Shown: positions 31,820 through 43,072 of the stretch, in pieces | Layout: each line of letters starts with the position of its first letter | How positions within the stretch are numbered: position 1 is the stretch's first letter | From: Dudresnaya verticillata | Lineage: Eukaryota | DNA length: 64,000 nucleotides | Direction: 5' to 3' | Assembly (NCBI GenBank): GCA_977862235.1 | Contig: OZ374563.1 | Span: 992,001-1,056,000, forward strand | Translations under genes and position numbers: made by a program | The notes under the pieces: model-generated | The model's input: only the letters and a program-made list of their open reading frames with translations | Told to the model about the DNA's origin: nothing | Database searches by the model: none

Positions 31820-33706
31820 CTACCACAAGAAGCTAGGATCGACAAAATTCTTACTCAGCAGATCAGACTCTAAGATGTCTTCCACGTTCAATGCGGAAAG
31901 TACATGGGCCTGATCAACAATCCCCGTTGGCGTCCGAGATTCATTGCCGTTGCTGGCAACTTGGGATGCAACCTGTGGATTGCGACCACTCTGGCGACGG
32001 GCCGCTGCAATGCTCTGGGATGAACTCCCATCTTGGGAACGAGGAATAGAAGTCCCGGCGGTTGCAGAGCTTGAAAGGCCTTCAACACCCGTGTCCATGT
32101 GCGAAGAGTTCGGGGTTGTAGCTTTTGTAGAGCTTGGTGTCCCCATTTGGTCTGTATTGCTCTTCGACGCAGCCTGGCGGGAACGAGAGGCGCTAGCAGA
32201 CCGCGACTTGGCTGGTGCCTTCCGAGCTTTTGCTGGTTTCGCCCTGTTTTGGGGCTTTTTGTCAACCGGGACAGCGGAGGAGCCAGAAGCTGTAGCTTTT
32301 TGAGCTTTTGGTTGCCTCTTTCGATTTGAAGTCGGCTTTCTCGGCTCCCTCCCAGGCTTCTTGGATGCTTCTTTGCTCACCCGACCCTTGGACGGCTTCA
32401 GCTCAACATTTCGCAGTCCCTCACTTTCCTTCTCTGCGTTAGTTGAAGCCTCGCGATAGACCTTTTTCGCTTCCGTACCCATTGGTTTGCGGTTACGATC
32501 CGGGTCCTTGCGACACGCCTGGCAGTCCCAGGTCCCGAGCCTCCTCGCAAGACGTAGCAAGCCAACGTCTCTCACCTTTCCTGCACACTTAAAGCACAAT
32601 CCCATATCACAAGTCCCAGAATATGTATTGATACATTTGAACATGTCCGAGACATTTGAATCAATTAGGCAATACTGGCAGAACGTGGCTCCAATTCGCT
32701 TGCCGGGAACAGGCTTAGACCTAGAATTAAGCATTGGATTCGCTCCATCTGCAACGTTCGAGGGCACGACTTTCGAAGGCTGAGGTACTGAAGCGGGTTT
32801 GGTCCCATTTTCAGGTGTTGAAGCGCCCGTGGTTCCATTCTGAGATACTGAAGCGACTCTGGTCCCGTTCTGAGGTCCCGAAGCTGCTGTCGTCGCATTA
32901 CGAGGTGCTGAAGCGGCTCTGGTCGCATTACGAGGTGCTGAAGCGGCTCTGGTCGCATTACGAGGTGCTGAAGCGGCCTTGTTCACATTCTGCCTTCTAT
33001 GCACCGCTTTTGCTATCTTCTTTTGGACTGGCAAAGAGCCCACGGCCGAAGGCGGGGGACTTGGTGGGATTTGTTGTCCATGAACGGGTGCAGTAGGATT
33101 GGAGATAGCTGTAGCCTGCGGAGCATGCTGAGCGATCAGCTGTGCCACAAGGGGAGCGCAAGCAGGGTCTCGGAGTGCAGGGTTGAGCGTGAGCAGCTGC
33201 ATGATGGGGCTTGAAGCGATCAGCTGTATTTGTGCAACATTGGCCAGCATGTTTGTCATTGATTGTTGCTGTTGCCCATACTCATTAAACAACGGTGGTT
33301 GCCCATACTCATTGAGTGACGGTTGGTGCCCATATCCATTCGTAAAAGATTGTTGGGCATAGCCGTTAACTTGCGGCTGTCCACTGACTAGCGGTTGCTG
33401 TGCTAGCGTATTTTGCGATAGTTGCTGCGGATGCACTGGGTTTGTGGGATGATGCTGAAGATAAGCTAATCCAGGCGGCAGCTGCTGCTGAAGGTGGGGT
33501 TGGTGGTGACAACTTGGTTGAGTTGGAAGCCTAGCGCGACCAGCTAGGCGCGGGTCTCTCGTCAGAGGCGTCGCCACATTGGCAACCGAAGGCTGGCTTT
33601 GGGAAGAGATTGGGGCGGGCGCAGCACTTCCGAGAGGTTGAGATGTGGAGGGGCCTCGAACAGAATTGGTCCTCGATGCTGAGGCTGGATGCGGCAGACG
33701 GCTCAT
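31820..33706 (-). CDS. Array copy 5, 628 aa
   Basis: Same translation as copy 3. Confidence 0.75.
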   Translation of the reverse strand: MSRLPHPASASRTNSVRGPSTSQPLGSAAPAPISSQSQPSVANVATPLTRDPRLAGRARLPTQPSCHHQPHLQQQLPPGLAYLQHHPTNPVHPQQLSQNTLAQQPLVSGQPQVNGYAQQSFTNGYGHQPSLNEYGQPPLFNEYGQQQQSMTNMLANVAQIQLIASSPIMQLLTLNPALRDPACAPLVAQLIAQHAPQATAISNPTAPVHGQQIPPSPPPSAVGSLPVQKKIAKAVHRRQNVNKAASAPRNATRAASAPRNATRAASAPRNATTAASGPQNGTRVASVSQNGTTGASTPENGTKPASVPQPSKVVPSNVADGANPMLNSRSKPVPGKRIGATFCQYCLIDSNVSDMFKCINTYSGTCDMGLCFKCAGKVRDVGLLRLARRLGTWDCQACRKDPDRNRKPMGTEAKKVYREASTNAEKESEGLRNVELKPSKGRVSKEASKKPGREPRKPTSNRKRQPKAQKATASGSSAVPVDKKPQNRAKPAKARKAPAKSRSASASRSRQAASKSNTDQMGTPSSTKATTPNSSHMDTGVEGLSSSATAGTSIPRSQDGSSSQSIAAARRQSGRNPQVASQVASNGNESRTPTGIVDQAHVLSALNVEDILESDLLSKNFVDPSFLW

Positions 33707-35570
33707 GATGGTGGATATCTTTTCGATAGGTTCGACAAGATCAATTACGCCGAAGCAATCACGTAGATGCACCTATTGAGGTTTGTTGCAAACTCTTCAC
33801 CCTCGGTCAAGGGCTGGGCGTTTTGATAAGGCGAGGTGGTAGGGTTCTAGAGCACTCGAGAAGAGGTTTTGAATAGCTCCACACAGTGCCTTCTTTGAGT
33901 TCGAGCTTGGGAAGGGCGAGGAGAGGTTGAGGACTGTTCAGACTGTATGCTGAATTTTACTCAACACGGTGGGTGTGAGTGAGGTCGTTGTTGTAAGTCT
34001 ATTGAAAGTTTGCTTTGATGGATTCAATTTGAAGTATACAGACGAAAGAAGAGTTGCAATTTGACGCGCAGTGCATGTGGATTGTCCTTGTTTTAGTGGG
34101 ATGTTTTCATGATCTCGATTCATCTGACAATAACGCAATAATGCTTTCTGTTGTAACGTGGTATACGCGGAAGACCACGATTGTCTTGAGTTGGGAAGCA
34201 CGGTTTCTTTTATGAAGGATAATGCGGCGGGTGAAGCGGCGGAACGGGAAGCCATCCCGTTCTCATAACGCACCCGCCGCTTTATCCTTCCCTACGCACT
34301 CTCCCCTGTTAGTCGGCCACCCACTCCCTTCCGTCAGCCACAACCTCCATAAGCCTCGACCAGGACATCGTTCTCTACAGCTCGTTGTAGGCACCTGAGC
34401 TGAGTCAGGAGGGAGTCACACTAGAATGTAGCAATTGGCATACCTGCGCTCCGCGGCGAGCTGTTGGCCAAAGTTTGGTACCTGCGCTGATCTACTGTAC
34501 CACTCTAAATGCCGCCTCCGCCCGCCGACCGTTCCAGCGCTAATGCGCCACACAACACGCCTGCCACAACTGCTCAACCGCCGCAACGCCCAAACGCTTT
34601 GAACTTCAGGAGTCATCTCATCGCTGTTGACTCTGACTCAGCGAGGAAGGATTTTGACTCAGCACTTCGCAACATTCTACGTGGACGGCAGCGAGGGATA
34701 TAGTTATCAAATCCTGCTGTCCAGAACTAATCCAAGACCTTGTCTTCTAAAAACGGTTCGCTAAGGTGCCATACGCGTTGGACGAGATCCAGAGCAATGA
34801 GTATGCAGGGAAGATGGCTGGCTGAATGTATGCCATTGCGCTGGAATCGCTGCTGTTTTCAATGACGATGTGGACAAGACCGCTGTTGGTTTAGTTGTTC
34901 GTAGTTGGTAACGCTGCTGCTGGTGAAGCCAAGGTGCATAAGCAAGGTGCAGAGAACTCTTCATTAACTATTGCTACCGCTATTGTCAGAGATGACACTA
35001 CGGATGTACACGGCGATACTGACGATTTTCCGGAGTAGGCGCCAAGGGTGGTCGAGATAGCTGTGGATGGCGCGGGTGCAGTGAAAACTCTCATGAAGGA
35101 TTGCGCAGCGGGGAGTGCTGATATCAGGTTATTAAGCTTGGCCCAGAAAAAGTAATGTTTTTTATTAAATCTATTCACAAGTCAGTGCCGCAAGTTATCT
35201 CTTTTTGCGACAAGCATGTTGTCACCCTTTCCGTCGGGGCTGATTTGAGCCCTTGGCTTGTTATTGGCCCGAGGTGTAGCCGAGGGCCAATAACAACCCT
35301 CGGGCTCTACTGTAGAGAACTCGGGCTCTACTGTACTGTAGAGAACACAACGAAAAAGGTGCCCGTGACGGGTAAGCCACGAGACACTTGCAGCTGCGTT
35401 TGCAAGCTCCGCTTGCTACACTTAGCGAGACAATATCAAGTCAGCGTTAGTTCTTTTACCGCTTGTAGCTACAGAGCCTACCCATTAGGGGAGGAGGCCG
35501 CGCCAATGTGCCCCAGCTGGCTGGAAAATACCATTGTTTCACTCGAGGAAACTTCTTCCTACCTGTAACA

Positions 35571-37457
35571 CTACCACAAGAAGCTAGGATCGACAAAATT
35601 CTTACTCAGCAGATCAGACTCTAAGATGTCTTCCACGTTCAATGCGGAAAGTACATGGGCCTGATCAACAATCCCCGTTGGCGTCCGAGATTCATTGCCG
35701 TTGCTGGCAACTTGGGATGCAACCTGTGGATTGCGACCACTCTGGCGACGGGCCGCTGCAATGCTCTGGGATGAACTCCCATCTTGGGAACGAGGAATAG
35801 AAGTCCCGGCGGTTGCAGAGCTTGAAAGGCCTTCAACACCCGTGTCCATGTGCGAAGAGTTCGGGGTTGTAGCTTTTGTAGAGCTTGGTGTCCCCATTTG
35901 GTCTGTATTGCTCTTCGACGCAGCCTGGCGGGAACGAGAGGCGCTAGCAGACCGCGACTTGGCTGGTGCCTTCCGAGCTTTTGCTGGTTTCGCCCTGTTT
36001 TGGGGCTTTTTGTCAACCGGGACAGCGGAGGAGCCAGAAGCTGTAGCTTTTTGAGCTTTTGGTTGCCTCTTTCGATTTGAAGTCGGCTTTCTCGGCTCCC
36101 TCCCAGGCTTCTTGGATGCTTCTTTGCTCACCCGACCCTTGGACGGCTTCAGCTCAACATTTCGCAGTCCCTCACTTTCCTTCTCTGCGTTAGTTGAAGC
36201 CTCGCGATAGACCTTTTTCGCTTCCGTACCCATTGGTTTGCGGTTACGATCCGGGTCCTTGCGACACGCCTGGCAGTCCCAGGTCCCGAGCCTCCTCGCA
36301 AGACGTAGCAAGCCAACGTCTCTCACCTTTCCTGCACACTTAAAGCACAATCCCATATCACAAGTCCCAGAATATGTATTGATACATTTGAACATGTCCG
36401 AGACATTTGAATCAATTAGGCAATACTGGCAGAACGTGGCTCCAATTCGCTTGCCGGGAACAGGCTTAGACCTAGAATTAAGCATTGGATTCGCTCCATC
36501 TGCAACGTTCGAGGGCACGACTTTCGAAGGCTGAGGTACTGAAGCGGGTTTGGTCCCATTTTCAGGTGTTGAAGCGCCCGTGGTTCCATTCTGAGATACT
36601 GAAGCGACTCTGGTCCCGTTCTGAGGTCCCGAAGCTGCTGTCGTCGCATTACGAGGTGCTGAAGCGGCTCTGGTCGCATTACGAGGTGCTGAAGCGGCTC
36701 TGGTCGCATTACGAGGTGCTGAAGCGGCCTTGTTCACATTCTGCCTTCTATGCACCGCTTTTGCTATCTTCTTTTGGACTGGCAAAGAGCCCACGGCCGA
36801 AGGCGGGGGACTTGGTGGGATTTGTTGTCCATGAACGGGTGCAGTAGGATTGGAGATAGCTGTAGCCTGCGGAGCATGCTGAGCGATCAGCTGTGCCACA
36901 AGGGGAGCGCAAGCAGGGTCTCGGAGTGCAGGGTTGAGCGTGAGCAGCTGCATGATGGGGCTTGAAGCGATCAGCTGTATTTGTGCAACATTGGCCAGCA
37001 TGTTTGTCATTGATTGTTGCTGTTGCCCATACTCATTAAACAACGGTGGTTGCCCATACTCATTGAGTGACGGTTGGTGCCCATATCCATTCGTAAAAGA
37101 TTGTTGGGCATAGCCGTTAACTTGCGGCTGTCCACTGACTAGCGGTTGCTGTGCTAGCGTATTTTGCGATAGTTGCTGCGGATGCACTGGGTTTGTGGGA
37201 TGATGCTGAAGATAAGCTAATCCAGGCGGCAGCTGCTGCTGAAGGTGGGGTTGGTGGTGACAACTTGGTTGAGTTGGAAGCCTAGCGCGACCAGCTAGGC
37301 GCGGGTCTCTCGTCAGAGGCGTCGCCACATTGGCAACCGAAGGCTGGCTTTGGGAAGAGATTGGGGCGGGCGCAGCACTTCCGAGAGGTTGAGATGTGGA
37401 GGGGCCTCGAACAGAATTGGTCCTCGATGCTGAGGCTGGATGCGGCAGACGGCTCAT
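35571..37457 (-). CDS. Array copy 6, 628 aa
   Basis: Same translation as copy 3. Confidence 0.75.
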   Translation of the reverse strand: MSRLPHPASASRTNSVRGPSTSQPLGSAAPAPISSQSQPSVANVATPLTRDPRLAGRARLPTQPSCHHQPHLQQQLPPGLAYLQHHPTNPVHPQQLSQNTLAQQPLVSGQPQVNGYAQQSFTNGYGHQPSLNEYGQPPLFNEYGQQQQSMTNMLANVAQIQLIASSPIMQLLTLNPALRDPACAPLVAQLIAQHAPQATAISNPTAPVHGQQIPPSPPPSAVGSLPVQKKIAKAVHRRQNVNKAASAPRNATRAASAPRNATRAASAPRNATTAASGPQNGTRVASVSQNGTTGASTPENGTKPASVPQPSKVVPSNVADGANPMLNSRSKPVPGKRIGATFCQYCLIDSNVSDMFKCINTYSGTCDMGLCFKCAGKVRDVGLLRLARRLGTWDCQACRKDPDRNRKPMGTEAKKVYREASTNAEKESEGLRNVELKPSKGRVSKEASKKPGREPRKPTSNRKRQPKAQKATASGSSAVPVDKKPQNRAKPAKARKAPAKSRSASASRSRQAASKSNTDQMGTPSSTKATTPNSSHMDTGVEGLSSSATAGTSIPRSQDGSSSQSIAAARRQSGRNPQVASQVASNGNESRTPTGIVDQAHVLSALNVEDILESDLLSKNFVDPSFLW

Positions 37458-39321
37458 GATGGTGGATATCTTTTCGATAGGTTCGACAAGATCAATTACG
37501 CCGAAGCAATCACGTAGATGCACCTATTGAGGTTTGTTGCAAACTCTTCACCCTCGGTCAAGGGCTGGGCGTTTTGATAAGGCGAGGTGGTAGGGTTCTA
37601 GAGCACTCGAGAAGAGGTTTTGAATAGCTCCACACAGTGCCTTCTTTGAGTTCGAGCTTGGGAAGGGCGAGGAGAGGTTGAGGACTGTTCAGACTGTATG
37701 CTGAATTTTACTCAACACGGTGGGTGTGAGTGAGGTCGTTGTTGTAAGTCTATTGAAAGTTTGCTTTGATGGATTCAATTTGAAGTATACAGACGAAAGA
37801 AGAGTTGCAATTTGACGCGCAGTGCATGTGGATTGTCCTTGTTTTAGTGGGATGTTTTCATGATCTCGATTCATCTGACAATAACGCAATAATGCTTTCT
37901 GTTGTAACGTGGTATACGCGGAAGACCACGATTGTCTTGAGTTGGGAAGCACGGTTTCTTTTATGAAGGATAATGCGGCGGGTGAAGCGGCGGAACGGGA
38001 AGCCATCCCGTTCTCATAACGCACCCGCCGCTTTATCCTTCCCTACGCACTCTCCCCTGTTAGTCGGCCACCCACTCCCTTCCGTCAGCCACAACCTCCA
38101 TAAGCCTCGACCAGGACATCGTTCTCTACAGCTCGTTGTAGGCACCTGAGCTGAGTCAGGAGGGAGTCACACTAGAATGTAGCAATTGGCATACCTGCGC
38201 TCCGCGGCGAGCTGTTGGCCAAAGTTTGGTACCTGCGCTGATCTACTGTACCACTCTAAATGCCGCCTCCGCCCGCCGACCGTTCCAGCGCTAATGCGCC
38301 ACACAACACGCCTGCCACAACTGCTCAACCGCCGCAACGCCCAAACGCTTTGAACTTCAGGAGTCATCTCATCGCTGTTGACTCTGACTCAGCGAGGAAG
38401 GATTTTGACTCAGCACTTCGCAACATTCTACGTGGACGGCAGCGAGGGATATAGTTATCAAATCCTGCTGTCCAGAACTAATCCAAGACCTTGTCTTCTA
38501 AAAACGGTTCGCTAAGGTGCCATACGCGTTGGACGAGATCCAGAGCAATGAGTATGCAGGGAAGATGGCTGGCTGAATGTATGCCATTGCGCTGGAATCG
38601 CTGCTGTTTTCAATGACGATGTGGACAAGACCGCTGTTGGTTTAGTTGTTCGTAGTTGGTAACGCTGCTGCTGGTGAAGCCAAGGTGCATAAGCAAGGTG
38701 CAGAGAACTCTTCATTAACTATTGCTACCGCTATTGTCAGAGATGACACTACGGATGTACACGGCGATACTGACGATTTTCCGGAGTAGGCGCCAAGGGT
38801 GGTCGAGATAGCTGTGGATGGCGCGGGTGCAGTGAAAACTCTCATGAAGGATTGCGCAGCGGGGAGTGCTGATATCAGGTTATTAAGCTTGGCCCAGAAA
38901 AAGTAATGTTTTTTATTAAATCTATTCACAAGTCAGTGCCGCAAGTTATCTCTTTTTGCGACAAGCATGTTGTCACCCTTTCCGTCGGGGCTGATTTGAG
39001 CCCTTGGCTTGTTATTGGCCCGAGGTGTAGCCGAGGGCCAATAACAACCCTCGGGCTCTACTGTAGAGAACTCGGGCTCTACTGTACTGTAGAGAACACA
39101 ACGAAAAAGGTGCCCGTGACGGGTAAGCCACGAGACACTTGCAGCTGCGTTTGCAAGCTCCGCTTGCTACACTTAGCGAGACAATATCAAGTCAGCGTTA
39201 GTTCTTTTACCGCTTGTAGCTACAGAGCCTACCCATTAGGGGAGGAGGCCGCGCCAATGTGCCCCAGCTGGCTGGAAAATACCATTGTTTCACTCGAGGA
39301 AACTTCTTCCTACCTGTAACA

Positions 39322-41208
39322 CTACCACAAGAAGCTAGGATCGACAAAATTCTTACTCAGCAGATCAGACTCTAAGATGTCTTCCACGTTCAATGCGGAA
39401 AGTACATGGGCCTGATCAACAATCCCCGTTGGCGTCCGAGATTCATTGCCGTTGCTGGCAACTTGGGATGCAACCTGTGGATTGCGACCACTCTGGCGAC
39501 GGGCCGCTGCAATGCTCTGGGATGAACTCCCATCTTGGGAACGAGGAATAGAAGTCCCGGCGGTTGCAGAGCTTGAAAGGCCTTCAACACCCGTGTCCAT
39601 GTGCGAAGAGTTCGGGGTTGTAGCTTTTGTAGAGCTTGGTGTCCCCATTTGGTCTGTATTGCTCTTCGACGCAGCCTGGCGGGAACGAGAGGCGCTAGCA
39701 GACCGCGACTTGGCTGGTGCCTTCCGAGCTTTTGCTGGTTTCGCCCTGTTTTGGGGCTTTTTGTCAACCGGGACAGCGGAGGAGCCAGAAGCTGTAGCTT
39801 TTTGAGCTTTTGGTTGCCTCTTTCGATTTGAAGTCGGCTTTCTCGGCTCCCTCCCAGGCTTCTTGGATGCTTCTTTGCTCACCCGACCCTTGGACGGCTT
39901 CAGCTCAACATTTCGCAGTCCCTCACTTTCCTTCTCTGCGTTAGTTGAAGCCTCGCGATAGACCTTTTTCGCTTCCGTACCCATTGGTTTGCGGTTACGA
40001 TCCGGGTCCTTGCGACACGCCTGGCAGTCCCAGGTCCCGAGCCTCCTCGCAAGACGTAGCAAGCCAACGTCTCTCACCTTTCCTGCACACTTAAAGCACA
40101 ATCCCATATCACAAGTCCCAGAATATGTATTGATACATTTGAACATGTCCGAGACATTTGAATCAATTAGGCAATACTGGCAGAACGTGGCTCCAATTCG
40201 CTTGCCGGGAACAGGCTTAGACCTAGAATTAAGCATTGGATTCGCTCCATCTGCAACGTTCGAGGGCACGACTTTCGAAGGCTGAGGTACTGAAGCGGGT
40301 TTGGTCCCATTTTCAGGTGTTGAAGCGCCCGTGGTTCCATTCTGAGATACTGAAGCGACTCTGGTCCCGTTCTGAGGTCCCGAAGCTGCTGTCGTCGCAT
40401 TACGAGGTGCTGAAGCGGCTCTGGTCGCATTACGAGGTGCTGAAGCGGCTCTGGTCGCATTACGAGGTGCTGAAGCGGCCTTGTTCACATTCTGCCTTCT
40501 ATGCACCGCTTTTGCTATCTTCTTTTGGACTGGCAAAGAGCCCACGGCCGAAGGCGGGGGACTTGGTGGGATTTGTTGTCCATGAACGGGTGCAGTAGGA
40601 TTGGAGATAGCTGTAGCCTGCGGAGCATGCTGAGCGATCAGCTGTGCCACAAGGGGAGCGCAAGCAGGGTCTCGGAGTGCAGGGTTGAGCGTGAGCAGCT
40701 GCATGATGGGGCTTGAAGCGATCAGCTGTATTTGTGCAACATTGGCCAGCATGTTTGTCATTGATTGTTGCTGTTGCCCATACTCATTAAACAACGGTGG
40801 TTGCCCATACTCATTGAGTGACGGTTGGTGCCCATATCCATTCGTAAAAGATTGTTGGGCATAGCCGTTAACTTGCGGCTGTCCACTGACTAGCGGTTGC
40901 TGTGCTAGCGTATTTTGCGATAGTTGCTGCGGATGCACTGGGTTTGTGGGATGATGCTGAAGATAAGCTAATCCAGGCGGCAGCTGCTGCTGAAGGTGGG
41001 GTTGGTGGTGACAACTTGGTTGAGTTGGAAGCCTAGCGCGACCAGCTAGGCGCGGGTCTCTCGTCAGAGGCGTCGCCACATTGGCAACCGAAGGCTGGCT
41101 TTGGGAAGAGATTGGGGCGGGCGCAGCACTTCCGAGAGGTTGAGATGTGGAGGGGCCTCGAACAGAATTGGTCCTCGATGCTGAGGCTGGATGCGGCAGA
41201 CGGCTCAT
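39322..41208 (-). CDS. Array copy 7, 628 aa
   Basis: Same translation as copy 3. Confidence 0.75.
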   Translation of the reverse strand: MSRLPHPASASRTNSVRGPSTSQPLGSAAPAPISSQSQPSVANVATPLTRDPRLAGRARLPTQPSCHHQPHLQQQLPPGLAYLQHHPTNPVHPQQLSQNTLAQQPLVSGQPQVNGYAQQSFTNGYGHQPSLNEYGQPPLFNEYGQQQQSMTNMLANVAQIQLIASSPIMQLLTLNPALRDPACAPLVAQLIAQHAPQATAISNPTAPVHGQQIPPSPPPSAVGSLPVQKKIAKAVHRRQNVNKAASAPRNATRAASAPRNATRAASAPRNATTAASGPQNGTRVASVSQNGTTGASTPENGTKPASVPQPSKVVPSNVADGANPMLNSRSKPVPGKRIGATFCQYCLIDSNVSDMFKCINTYSGTCDMGLCFKCAGKVRDVGLLRLARRLGTWDCQACRKDPDRNRKPMGTEAKKVYREASTNAEKESEGLRNVELKPSKGRVSKEASKKPGREPRKPTSNRKRQPKAQKATASGSSAVPVDKKPQNRAKPAKARKAPAKSRSASASRSRQAASKSNTDQMGTPSSTKATTPNSSHMDTGVEGLSSSATAGTSIPRSQDGSSSQSIAAARRQSGRNPQVASQVASNGNESRTPTGIVDQAHVLSALNVEDILESDLLSKNFVDPSFLW

Positions 41209-43072
41209 GATGGTGGATATCTTTTCGATAGGTTCGACAAGATCAATTACGCCGAAGCAATCACGTAGATGCACCTATTGAGGTTTGTTGCAAACTCTTC
41301 ACCCTCGGTCAAGGGCTGGGCGTTTTGATAAGGCGAGGTGGTAGGGTTCTAGAGCACTCGAGAAGAGGTTTTGAATAGCTCCACACAGTGCCTTCTTTGA
41401 GTTCGAGCTTGGGAAGGGCGAGGAGAGGTTGAGGACTGTTCAGACTGTATGCTGAATTTTACTCAACACGGTGGGTGTGAGTGAGGTCGTTGTTGTAAGT
41501 CTATTGAAAGTTTGCTTTGATGGATTCAATTTGAAGTATACAGACGAAAGAAGAGTTGCAATTTGACGCGCAGTGCATGTGGATTGTCCTTGTTTTAGTG
41601 GGATGTTTTCATGATCTCGATTCATCTGACAATAACGCAATAATGCTTTCTGTTGTAACGTGGTATACGCGGAAGACCACGATTGTCTTGAGTTGGGAAG
41701 CACGGTTTCTTTTATGAAGGATAATGCGGCGGGTGAAGCGGCGGAACGGGAAGCCATCCCGTTCTCATAACGCACCCGCCGCTTTATCCTTCCCTACGCA
41801 CTCTCCCCTGTTAGTCGGCCACCCACTCCCTTCCGTCAGCCACAACCTCCATAAGCCTCGACCAGGACATCGTTCTCTACAGCTCGTTGTAGGCACCTGA
41901 GCTGAGTCAGGAGGGAGTCACACTAGAATGTAGCAATTGGCATACCTGCGCTCCGCGGCGAGCTGTTGGCCAAAGTTTGGTACCTGCGCTGATCTACTGT
42001 ACCACTCTAAATGCCGCCTCCGCCCGCCGACCGTTCCAGCGCTAATGCGCCACACAACACGCCTGCCACAACTGCTCAACCGCCGCAACGCCCAAACGCT
42101 TTGAACTTCAGGAGTCATCTCATCGCTGTTGACTCTGACTCAGCGAGGAAGGATTTTGACTCAGCACTTCGCAACATTCTACGTGGACGGCAGCGAGGGA
42201 TATAGTTATCAAATCCTGCTGTCCAGAACTAATCCAAGACCTTGTCTTCTAAAAACGGTTCGCTAAGGTGCCATACGCGTTGGACGAGATCCAGAGCAAT
42301 GAGTATGCAGGGAAGATGGCTGGCTGAATGTATGCCATTGCGCTGGAATCGCTGCTGTTTTCAATGACGATGTGGACAAGACCGCTGTTGGTTTAGTTGT
42401 TCGTAGTTGGTAACGCTGCTGCTGGTGAAGCCAAGGTGCATAAGCAAGGTGCAGAGAACTCTTCATTAACTATTGCTACCGCTATTGTCAGAGATGACAC
42501 TACGGATGTACACGGCGATACTGACGATTTTCCGGAGTAGGCGCCAAGGGTGGTCGAGATAGCTGTGGATGGCGCGGGTGCAGTGAAAACTCTCATGAAG
42601 GATTGCGCAGCGGGGAGTGCTGATATCAGGTTATTAAGCTTGGCCCAGAAAAAGTAATGTTTTTTATTAAATCTATTCACAAGTCAGTGCCGCAAGTTAT
42701 CTCTTTTTGCGACAAGCATGTTGTCACCCTTTCCGTCGGGGCTGATTTGAGCCCTTGGCTTGTTATTGGCCCGAGGTGTAGCCGAGGGCCAATAACAACC
42801 CTCGGGCTCTACTGTAGAGAACTCGGGCTCTACTGTACTGTAGAGAACACAACGAAAAAGGTGCCCGTGACGGGTAAGCCACGAGACACTTGCAGCTGCG
42901 TTTGCAAGCTCCGCTTGCTACACTTAGCGAGACAATATCAAGTCAGCGTTAGTTCTTTTACCGCTTGTAGCTACAGAGCCTACCCATTAGGGGAGGAGGC
43001 CGCGCCAATGTGCCCCAGCTGGCTGGAAAATACCATTGTTTCACTCGAGGAAACTTCTTCCTACCTGTAACA